Source: Pyrodictium abyssi
GTDB lineage: Archaea; Thermoproteota; Thermoprotei_A; Sulfolobales; Pyrodictiaceae
NCBI RefSeq assembly: GCF_036323395.1
Contig: NZ_AP028907.1
Coordinates: forward strand, 600,001 to 632,000
DNA: 32,000 nt
Direction: 5' to 3'
Shown: positions 25,465-32,000 of the stretch, in pieces
Position numbering within the stretch: position 1 is the stretch's first letter
Layout of the letters: every line of letters begins with the position of its first letter
Program-made: the position numbers and the translations under genes
Notes under the pieces: model-generated
Databases searched by the model: none
What the model was told of the DNA's origin: nothing
The model's input: only the letters and a program-made list of their open reading frames with translations

Positions 25465-26058
25465 TTGCTGGGCAGGCTACGAGGCAGGGTTAGAGGAGTC
25501 CTAGAGGCCGCTGCCTCGCCGCTAGCCGTGCTCCCGGCCGACTTCTACACCGTGCTGGGGCTCGCCGGGGCCCTAGCCTACCTCTGGGCCGCCAGGGCCG
25601 GGTACCCCGCGCTAGCAACACTGCTGCTCGCCGCTAGCGGGCTGCTCGACGCCCTCGACGGGGCCGTAGCCCGGCTACGGGGCGAAGCCGGGCCGCGCGG
25701 AGCCTACCTCGACAGCCTCCTGGACCGCGTCGCCGACACCGTGTACGCGGCGGGGTTCCTAGCGCTCGGCTACCCGGTGTGGAGTGTCCTAGCCTTCCTC
25801 ACCGGGGCGCTTCTCACAAGCTACGCCCGGGCCCGCTTCGAGTCCCTGGCCGGGAGGAGCATGGAGGGCGTCGGGCTGCTCGAGAGGAGCGACCGCATAG
25901 CCGCGCAGCTCCTGGTGCTCCTAGTCCACGCGCGGCTCGGCATAGAGGCCGCCGCCAGGCTCTACACGGTCCTAGCACTGCTCGCCTGGGCCACGTTCGC
26001 CGAGAGGCTGGCTAGGGGCTACACCCAGCTCCCCCGCTCCAGAGCCCCGCATGCCTAG
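25465..26058 (+). CDS. CDP-alcohol phosphatidyltransferase family protein (archaeal polar-lipid head-group synthase)
   Basis: 197 aa with a TTG start. The signature D-x2-DG-x2-AR-x8-G-x3-D-x3-D is present as 'LDALDGAVARLRGEAGPRGAYLDSLLDRVAD'. It has several hydrophobic helices. Confidence 0.8.
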   Translation: MLGRLRGRVRGVLEAAASPLAVLPADFYTVLGLAGALAYLWAARAGYPALATLLLAASGLLDALDGAVARLRGEAGPRGAYLDSLLDRVADTVYAAGFLALGYPVWSVLAFLTGALLTSYARARFESLAGRSMEGVGLLERSDRIAAQLLVLLVHARLGIEAAARLYTVLALLAWATFAERLARGYTQLPRSRAPHA

Positions 26059-26184
26059 ACGCTAGGACCCTGACGCCGAACCGTCCGAGTACCTACCTGG
26101 GTGAGGGTGGCAGCCTAGCGCTAGCGTAATCCGGACTGGTAGTAGACCCGGGGGTCTAGCGGCGGGCTACGGGGGTGCATCGCC

Positions 26185-26514
26185 TTGACACTACTCTTTG
26201 AAGTCACGAGCAAGCTCGGGAAGAGAATCAGAGTCACCAAGAGCTACTGGAACTACATAGTCAACGTCAAGCATCCATCCATGAGAGGCCTTGAAGAATG
26301 TGTCAAAAATACCCTGGTAGACCCCCTAGAGGTTCGTAGAAGCCGCCGAGACCCAAGCGTGTACATGTACTACCGGCCTTGGAGAGACAAGCTTATCTGC
26401 GTAGTAGCAAAGCACCTAAACGATGAGGGATTTATAATCACAGCCTACCCTACTAGGAGAATGGCACCGGGCGATACAGTATGGCGGAGGCAACCTTTCA
26501 GGAGACGAGGATAA
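26185..26514 (+). CDS. Putative toxin (DUF4258-like / RelE-barnase-fold-like small protein)
   Basis: 109 aa with a TTG start. The pattern 'IRVTKSYWNYIVNVKHPSM...LEECVKNTLVDPLEVRRSRRDPSVYMYYRPW..KLICVVAKHLNDEGFIITAYPTRRM..GDTVW' matches small proteins that commonly sit directly upstream of DUF2283 genes. The family name is from memory and unverified. GC is visibly lower than in the flanks. Confidence 0.45.
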   Translation: MTLLFEVTSKLGKRIRVTKSYWNYIVNVKHPSMRGLEECVKNTLVDPLEVRRSRRDPSVYMYYRPWRDKLICVVAKHLNDEGFIITAYPTRRMAPGDTVWRRQPFRRRG

Positions 26515-26768
26515 TACGGCTCCACTACGCTCCGGACCTCGATACGCTAGACCTCTGGATAGACGACCCAGAGAAGGAGGCCCTGGCCGAACCATACGGC
26601 GACAACGTAGTAGTAAAGCTCGACGAGGAAGGCAGGCCTATAGGACTTGAGATAATCTCTCTACACAAGCTACACCCCCGCGACCTAGATGCACTCCCTC
26701 CACAGCTAAGAAGCGCCCTATACAAGGCACTAGAGAGGATAAACGGCCACTACAACCAGGCAGCATAG
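26481..26768 (+). CDS. DUF2283-domain protein (putative antitoxin)
   Basis: 95 aa. 'IRLHYAPDLDTLDLWIDDPEKEALAEPYGDNVVVKLDEEGRPIGLEIISLHKL' matches the DUF2283 consensus (Y-D-x-E-x-D-x-L-x-I ... D-x-D-E-x-G-x-x-x-G-I-E-I). It overlaps the upstream ORF by 34 nt. Confidence 0.65.
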   Translation: MAEATFQETRIIRLHYAPDLDTLDLWIDDPEKEALAEPYGDNVVVKLDEEGRPIGLEIISLHKLHPRDLDALPPQLRSALYKALERINGHYNQAA

Positions 26769-26965
26769 CTCATAATACACCCCACATCATGCAGGAGCTA
26801 GTAAAAAGCTACCTAAAGAGAGAGGGCATCATCCATTCGTAGCCATACGCCACGGAGCTAGGACCCCGGAGCCCGGGGTCAAGGCAAGCCAGGGCCACCA
26901 GGCCCTGGGCCCACGGCGGCCTTAATGAGGCTAGGCGGCGTAGACCCCCGGGGGCCTGCCGGGTA

Positions 26966-27538
26966 TTGGCTGCGCCAGAGGCTCTAGAGCGGCCGCTACC
27001 CAAGCCGCGGCGCGACCTTGTGGGCTATGCCGCTGCTCGTGTCCTGGAGGCGTTGCTTGAGGCTTTGCTGGCGCTGAGGTTCCTCGGCCGGGGCTTTACG
27101 AGGAGTGCTGCGGGTAAGGCGCTCCAGGCGTGGCGGGCGCTAACCGGGGCGCTGCCGGCCCTCGAGCGGGACAGGATAGCCGAGAAGCTGGGCGAGAAGG
27201 AGAGGAAACGGCTAATGGAGAAGGGTATCCCCAGGGTGCCTAGCACTAGGCTGAAGGCGCCCGGCCAGCTCCTGGAGGAGGCGGGCTACCAGCACTACTC
27301 GGCCTACACCGATAAGGCACTAGACCTCCACGACTACCAGCTCCACGGCCCGGACCCGGCAGGAGAGATGACCAGGTACCCCGACAGGAAAGAGGCCGCG
27401 AAAGACACGCTCTATCTCCTCAGCAAGCTAGCCAGGATAATAGAGGAACATGTAAAACCAAGACTAGAACAGGAGGGCAAATGGGCGCAGGAGCACCAAG
27501 AGGCTCTAGAGGGGCTCCAGAGGAGGCTGGGCCGATAG
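26966..27538 (+). CDS. PaREP1-like family protein, copy B (full length)
   Basis: 190 aa with a TTG start. It is colinear with copy A (8039..8569). By eye it is about two-thirds identical at the protein level and about three-quarters identical at the nucleotide level in the 5' half. It retains the C-terminal tail 'KWAQEHQEALEGLQRRLGR'. Confidence 0.5.
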   Translation: MAAPEALERPLPKPRRDLVGYAAARVLEALLEALLALRFLGRGFTRSAAGKALQAWRALTGALPALERDRIAEKLGEKERKRLMEKGIPRVPSTRLKAPGQLLEEAGYQHYSAYTDKALDLHDYQLHGPDPAGEMTRYPDRKEAAKDTLYLLSKLARIIEEHVKPRLEQEGKWAQEHQEALEGLQRRLGR

Positions 27539-27645
27539 ACCCGGCTATCTCTATCGCTCTGGGTAGCTGTGGGGAGCCGGTACGCCGCCCCAACCACACT
27601 GGCTACTAGATGCTCTCCAGCCTTGAGTGTCTAGCCCTACAGGCC

Positions 27646-28362
27646 CTAGAGGTGCTCCCTCAGGAGCCGGCCTACGGGCCAGCCGGCTTCTCTTATTCCG
27701 AGCCTGCGTAGGGCTAGCCAGAGGGTCGCGGTGTTGCTAGAGTAGACAGGCTTCCCGATATCCCTCTCTAGGGCGTCTATGACCTCTATCGTGCGTAGGT
27801 TTGTACAGCTTATGAAGACCGCGTCGGCGCTGTCCGTGTCTAGGCTCCTGGCGAGACGGTAGACTCTTTCCGGGGGTACGCGGCCTATCTCCGTGTTCCT
27901 CTCTATCCCGAGCGACGCTATGTCTACTACTTCTAGGCCATGGCTCTCGAGGAACCGTATCTCCTTCTCGTTGACCTCGTCTATGTAGGGGGTTGCTAGC
28001 GCTATCCTCGACGCGCCCAGGGCGCGTGCGGCCTCGACGACGGCTGTAGCGGTTGCTATCGCTGGGCGTCCTGCCGCCCTCGAAAGCTTCGCGGCTATGC
28101 GCTCGTCGTGGCCTGGCCCGGCTACGAGGCTCCCAGTAGTACAGCCGTAGACGATTATGTCCACCTCGGCTGTGGCTAGCAGCCTTGCCGCGTGCTCGGC
28201 TTCCTCCTCCATTCGGAGCAGCTCCTCGCTCGTGACGCGCTCGAGGGGTACGCGTGCTGAGTGTATGCTCACCCCCTGGGGGGCCATGCTCCAGAACTCT
28301 GGCTCCATGGTGGTGTTCGAGGAGGGTATGATGAGGCCTATCCGCGCCCTCCAGCCGTGCAT
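27646..28362 (-). CDS. Asp/Glu/hydantoin racemase-superfamily protein (maleate cis-trans isomerase / arylmalonate decarboxylase-like)
   Basis: 'RIGLIIPSSNTTMEPEF', 'IVYGCTTGS' and 'FISCTNLRT' supply the two catalytic-Cys motifs typical of maleate isomerase. I prefer the ATG at 28362 ('MHGWRARIGLI'). Alternative in-frame ATGs lie at 28407 and 28419. Confidence 0.75.
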   Translation of the reverse strand: MHGWRARIGLIIPSSNTTMEPEFWSMAPQGVSIHSARVPLERVTSEELLRMEEEAEHAARLLATAEVDIIVYGCTTGSLVAGPGHDERIAAKLSRAAGRPAIATATAVVEAARALGASRIALATPYIDEVNEKEIRFLESHGLEVVDIASLGIERNTEIGRVPPERVYRLARSLDTDSADAVFISCTNLRTIEVIDALERDIGKPVYSSNTATLWLALRRLGIREAGWPVGRLLREHL

Positions 28363-28404
28363 ATCGCCCACAACCTCTATACTACTCCACCATGATAGCC
28401 TGGT

Positions 28405-28487
28405 CATAAATGTGAGCATTCACACGTGTTTATAAATGTCTATAACTGATGAACACTCGCTGCCGCCATAGAAACGTTTTTATCCAG
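28405..28487. promoter_or_regulatory. Divergent promoter region with two ATAAATGT boxes flanking a palindrome, plus a TTTTTATCC box
   Basis: A/T-rich intergenic block: CATAAATGT (28405-28413), palindrome TGTGAGCATTCACA (28411-28424), CACGTG, TTTATAAATGT (28429-28439) and TTTTTATCC (about 28477-28485). The last is 35-50 nt upstream of the substrate-binding protein start codons. Confidence 0.45.
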
Positions 28488-28518
28488 ATACAACCAAGGG
28501 ACGTAAGCATCCCGAGGG

Positions 28519-29880
28519 GTGCAGCCCATGGCCTCAATGAAGCCTAGTATAGGCCTAATAGCAGCCATAGTGGTTGTGATAGCGCTAATCGCCGGAGTCA
28601 TGGTCCTAAAGGGCGGAGAGAAGACCACGACAGAGACTGCCACAACGCAGGCCACGTCTCCCGCGGCCGGCACAGCCGCCGGGGGAGCCAGCGGAGGCGA
28701 GATAAAGATAGGAGTCATACTGCCTCTCAGCGGCCGTCTTGCTGAGACCGGTGCCGACCTGAAGCACGGCATAGAGTTCGCGGTCGAGCAGATAAACAGC
28801 ATGGGCGGCGTGAAGAGCTGCGGCGGCGCCAAGCTAGTCGTGGTCTACGGCGACAGCGCTGGTAAGCCCGAGGTCGGCGCCGCCGAGGCGGAGAGGCTGA
28901 TAACCCAGGAGAAGGTGGTCGCCCTAGTAGGCGCCTACCAGAGCGCGGTAACCAAGACTGCTAGCGAGGTCGCCGAACGCTACCATGTGCCGTTCCTCAA
29001 CCCAGACTCCACGTCGCCAGCACTCACCCAGAGGGGCTACAAGTGGTTCTTCCGCACTACGCCGCACGACGCCATGTTCGCCGAGCAGCAGGCAGAGTTC
29101 ATCAAGTGGCTCAACGAGAAGTACAACCTCGGCCTAAAGACCTACGCTATAATACACGAAGACAGCGAGTGGGGCACAAAGGTAGCCGAGGCCTGGAAGA
29201 AGTACTTCGACGCCGCCGGGTTCAAGCTAGTCAAGGAGATAAGCTACCACGCCGCCACCGTGACTAGCCTCGACGCCGAGGTAAAGGCCCTCAAGGCCGC
29301 TAACCCAGACATACTGCTGGTCGCCTCCTACGTGCAGGACGCCATACTCCTAGTACAGGCTATGAAGGCTAACAACTTCGCCCCCAAGGTGGTGCTAGCC
29401 CAGGACGCCGGTTTCATATCTCCCAGCTACGTACAGCAGGTGGGCAAGGACGGCTGGTTCATAATGTCGAGAGAGGTGTTCAACTGGGACCTAATGGGGA
29501 AGATACCCAGGCTGAAGCAGGTCAACGAGGAGTACAAGAAGAAGTACGGCGTGGACCTCAACGGTAACTCCGCCCGCGACTACACCGGCATATGGGTGCT
29601 CTACTACGCCCTAGAGGAGGCCTGTAAGAAGGCTAGCCCCGACAACCTGGAGGAGTTCCGGGCAGCACTACGCGACGCGCTAGCCAGCCTAGAGATACCA
29701 GCAGACAAGCTAATAGTGCCATGGAAGGGCGTCAAGTTCGACGAGAACGGCCAGAACATACTAGGCCAGGGCATCATAGTGCAGATGATGGAGGACGGCA
29801 AGTACCACACGATATACCCGCCAGAGTACGCCACCGCTGAGCCCAAGGTGCCGTTCCCACCGTGGAATGAGAGGAGCTAG
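28519..29880 (+). CDS. ABC transporter substrate-binding protein, branched-chain amino acid (Leu/Ile/Val-binding, LivJ/K-like) family
   Basis: 453 aa. An N-terminal membrane anchor ('IGLIAAIVVVIALIAGVMVL') is followed by a Thr/Ala/Gly-rich linker, typical of archaeal SBPs. 'IKIGVILPLSGRLAETG' and 'GAYQSAVT' fit the type I periplasmic-binding fold. The start may be the GTG at 28519 or the ATGs at 28528 or 28537. Confidence 0.85.
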   Translation: MQPMASMKPSIGLIAAIVVVIALIAGVMVLKGGEKTTTETATTQATSPAAGTAAGGASGGEIKIGVILPLSGRLAETGADLKHGIEFAVEQINSMGGVKSCGGAKLVVVYGDSAGKPEVGAAEAERLITQEKVVALVGAYQSAVTKTASEVAERYHVPFLNPDSTSPALTQRGYKWFFRTTPHDAMFAEQQAEFIKWLNEKYNLGLKTYAIIHEDSEWGTKVAEAWKKYFDAAGFKLVKEISYHAATVTSLDAEVKALKAANPDILLVASYVQDAILLVQAMKANNFAPKVVLAQDAGFISPSYVQQVGKDGWFIMSREVFNWDLMGKIPRLKQVNEEYKKKYGVDLNGNSARDYTGIWVLYYALEEACKKASPDNLEEFRAALRDALASLEIPADKLIVPWKGVKFDENGQNILGQGIIVQMMEDGKYHTIYPPEYATAEPKVPFPPWNERS

Positions 29881-29889
29881 CACCCTGGG

Positions 29890-29938
29890 CGCAGACAGCG
29901 CCTAGGCTGTTTAACCCCCCGGGTTTTTCCCGTCTGCG
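29890..29938 (+). terminator. Hairpin plus T5 run downstream of the SBP gene (possible intra-operon attenuator/terminator)
   Basis: CGCAGAC (29890-29896) pairs with GTCTGCG (29932-29938). The loop contains CCCCCCGGG followed by TTTTT (29924-29928). It sits in the 248-nt gap between the SBP and the first permease gene. Confidence 0.35.
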
Positions 29939-30128
29939 TTGCAGCCCGGGGCTCCCCCGGGAAGCCTCGCCTACGGCCTCCATGCATGGGTAGAGGTGCT
30001 TGCTCTCTAGACGCCACGCCCTCGCGGGCTGCGTCTCGCCGCCTCTACCCCTCCCTCTGCACTGACGCACCTAGGAACATCGTCCCTAGAAGGTCTGGGC
30101 TCGGGTCAGGAGACGGTCTCGGAGAGGT

Positions 30129-31016
30129 GTGGGAGACGTGGCTGGCGTGGGTCTAGGCGACATAGTAGCCTCCGTGGTTGATGGTGTGCTTATAGGCGGT
30201 CTCTACGGGCTCGTAGGCGTAGGGCTAGCGCTAATCTGGGGCGTCATGGAGGTAATCAACTTCGCTCACGGAGACTACATGATGCTGGGGGCACTAGCCA
30301 CATACTTTCTCGCCACGAGGCTCGGCCTAGACCCTCTACTAGCCGCGCCAGTAGCCTTCGGCCTAGTGTTTCTCCTCGGCGTCGCAACCCAGCGGACTGT
30401 GATCAACCGTATCCTCGACGCGCCCCTACTGACGCAGATAGCTGCGACCTTCGCCGTGCTCCTCATAATAAGGTACGGCGTCCAGGCAGCATTCGGCCCC
30501 TACACGCGGAGGCTGAGCAGCTGGTACGCCAACGAGATATACTACCTAGGCCCCGTCGTCATACCCCTGCCTAAGCTGATAGCCTTCATGGCCTCGGTCG
30601 CCGTGGCGGCTGTGCTCTACTTCTTCCTCTTCCACACGCGCACCGGGATAGCCCTCCGGGCGACCGCCCAGGACCGCGAAGTAGCCCAGCTCATGGGCAT
30701 CAACGTGCACCGGATGTACGAGCTAGCCTTCGGAATAGGCGTCGGAGTAGCCGGGCTCGCCGGCGCAATCGCGTCCCTCTTCTACCCGGTTTTCCCCGAG
30801 ATGGGCGCCTTCTTCGCCCTGATAGCCTTCATAGCGGTGGTGCTGGGTGGCTTCGGCAGCGTCTTCGGCGCCTTCCTGGGCGGTATAATAGTTGGCGTGA
30901 CCGAGGCCGTTAGCGCGTTGTTTATAGACCCTGCGCTGAAGGACGTGGTGGCCTTCCTCCTCTTCATAGTGATAGTGCTTGTCAAGCCTACGGGCATTTT
31001 CGGCAAGAAGGTGTAG
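30129..31016 (+). CDS. livH: Branched-chain amino acid ABC transporter permease (LivH-type)
   Basis: 295 aa and highly hydrophobic. 'VNFAHGDYMMLGA', 'GIALRATAQDREVAQLMGINV' and 'GGFGSVFGAFLGG' are LivH family signatures. The exact GTG start is uncertain (30129, 30138 or 30147). Confidence 0.85.
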   Translation: MGDVAGVGLGDIVASVVDGVLIGGLYGLVGVGLALIWGVMEVINFAHGDYMMLGALATYFLATRLGLDPLLAAPVAFGLVFLLGVATQRTVINRILDAPLLTQIAATFAVLLIIRYGVQAAFGPYTRRLSSWYANEIYYLGPVVIPLPKLIAFMASVAVAAVLYFFLFHTRTGIALRATAQDREVAQLMGINVHRMYELAFGIGVGVAGLAGAIASLFYPVFPEMGAFFALIAFIAVVLGGFGSVFGAFLGGIIVGVTEAVSALFIDPALKDVVAFLLFIVIVLVKPTGIFGKKV

Positions 31017-31046
31017 AGCCAGGGAAGGAGGGGAGGTGGAGCCGTG

Positions 31047-32000
31047 ATGGAGGCTAGGGCTGTCCTCCACGCGCTTCGCGGGCTACGCGGCTACACCCGG
31101 AGCCCCTACGTGTGGGCGGCCTCGCTGCTACTGGTAGCCTCGCCGATAGTGTTCATGAAGCTAGGGCTACCGTTCTACGCCAACATGGTGTTCCTCGCAC
31201 TGATGTACGGTATCGCGGCGATGGCGTGGAACCTCATGCAGGGGTACACGGGGCTCTTCAGCTTGGGCCACGCGGTGTTCTTCGGCGTAGGCGCCTACAC
31301 GACCATGATACTCGCGAAGTACTACGGCGTCACGCCGTGGCTGGGCATCTGGGCTGCCGGGGTACTCGCTGCTGCTGTCGGGTTCCTGCTAGGGTTTCCA
31401 CTGTTCCGTCTACGGAGCCACTGGTTCACGCTAGCCACCATAGCCGTGGCGGAGATATTCAAGCTGCTGTTCGCTCACTGGGGCTACGTAGGCGGCTCTG
31501 CCGGGCTCCAGATGCCCATAGTCGGGCCGGATGAGCAGCTCTACTACCTCCAGTACCCGGGGCCCTACATCTACGTCTACGTGGCCCTCCTAGTGCTACT
31601 AGTGGAGCTAGTAGTGCTCTACGCCGTAGTGAACAGCAAGATCGGCCTCTACCTCCAGACGATCCGCGAGGACGAGCTGGTAGCCCAGACGCTCGGTGTG
31701 GACACGTTCCGGTACAAGATGATAGCCATGGTTGTTAGCGGGTTCTTTACAGGGCTCGCTGGGGCACTCTACGCTGTGAGGTTCCGCTTCGTGGACCCCT
31801 TCGCCGTGTTCGACCTCATAACGATATCTACCTACATAGCTGTCGCGGGCATAGTGGGCGGGATATACACGTTCATAGGCCCGCTCGTGGGCGCGTTCAT
31901 CTTCGTCCCCGCAGCAGAGTACGTGAGAGCCACTATAGTGCAGGCATTCCCACGGGTCTTCGGCCTCCACGTAGTGATAGTGGGCGTCATACTGCTGGTA
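31047..32000 (+). CDS. livM: Branched-chain amino acid ABC transporter permease (LivM-type), 3'-truncated by the window edge
   Basis: It is absent from the ORF track because no stop falls inside the window. My own translation from the ATG at 31047 (a GTG lies at 31044) is open to base 32000. It reads 'MEARAVLHAL...NLMQGYTGLFSLGHAVFFGVGAYT...LQTIREDELVAQTLGVDTFRYKMIAMVVSGFFTGLAGALYA'. A GGAGGTGGAG Shine-Dalgarno-like element lies upstream. Track ORF 31112..31534 is an off-frame artefact inside it. Confidence 0.8.
   Translation, partial: MEARAVLHALRGLRGYTRSPYVWAASLLLVASPIVFMKLGLPFYANMVFLALMYGIAAMAWNLMQGYTGLFSLGHAVFFGVGAYTTMILAKYYGVTPWLGIWAAGVLAAAVGFLLGFPLFRLRSHWFTLATIAVAEIFKLLFAHWGYVGGSAGLQMPIVGPDEQLYYLQYPGPYIYVYVALLVLLVELVVLYAVVNSKIGLYLQTIREDELVAQTLGVDTFRYKMIAMVVSGFFTGLAGALYAVRFRFVDPFAVFDLITISTYIAVAGIVGGIYTFIGPLVGAFIFVPAAEYVRATIVQAFPRVFGLHVVIVGVILLV

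Noticed and set aside
8570-26965. The PaREP1-bracketed 18.4-kb segment as an integrated mobile element or genomic island
   Set aside because: The interior encodes core housekeeping genes (ileS, pyrD, sucCD) at normal GC. No integrase, transposase or tRNA target is present. The flanking genes are diverged paralogues rather than att-like identical repeats.
31112-31534. 140-aa Arg-rich ORF 31112-31534 (+)
   Set aside because: It is off-frame inside the LivM-type permease gene, which I translated as open from 31047 to the window end with clear family motifs.

Overview
High-GC archaeal chromosomal segment. It looks like a hyperthermophilic crenarchaeon, based on reverse gyrase, ATA/AGG-rich codon usage, frequent GTG/TTG starts, short A/T-rich TATA-like promoters and a crenarchaeal-type CRISPR repeat ending ATTGTAAG. 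I cannot assign a species from the sequence alone. Most of the window is housekeeping: class V aminotransferase, OsmC, rubrerythrin, a very long reverse gyrase, IleRS, NUDIX hydrolase, PyrD, SucCD, flavodiiron protein, a CDP-alcohol phosphatidyltransferase, a maleate-isomerase-like racemase, and the start of a Liv-type branched-chain amino-acid ABC transporter operon. Accessory elements are interspersed among these. (1) A 16+1 repeat CRISPR array (15580-16709) has an A/T-rich structured leader and no cas gene anywhere in the 32 kb. (2) A tightly coupled HerA-like ATPase and NurA-like nuclease pair (22614-25449) lacks mre11/rad50. (3) A lower-GC two-gene cassette (26185-26768) looks like a DUF4258-like toxin plus DUF2283 antitoxin. 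(4) A decayed MazEF-like locus and a PIN fragment lie at the left edge. (5) Two diverged PaREP1-like paralogues sit in direct orientation about 18.9 kb apart; the first carries a 1-nt frameshift that cuts off its C-terminal tail. I see no tRNA, rRNA, transposase or integrase. The HerA/NurA-like pair is the best candidate for a system worth follow-up. From sequence alone I cannot tell whether it is the genome's ordinary repair HerA-NurA or a distinct paralogous module. All family calls rest on motif recognition by eye, not on database searches.
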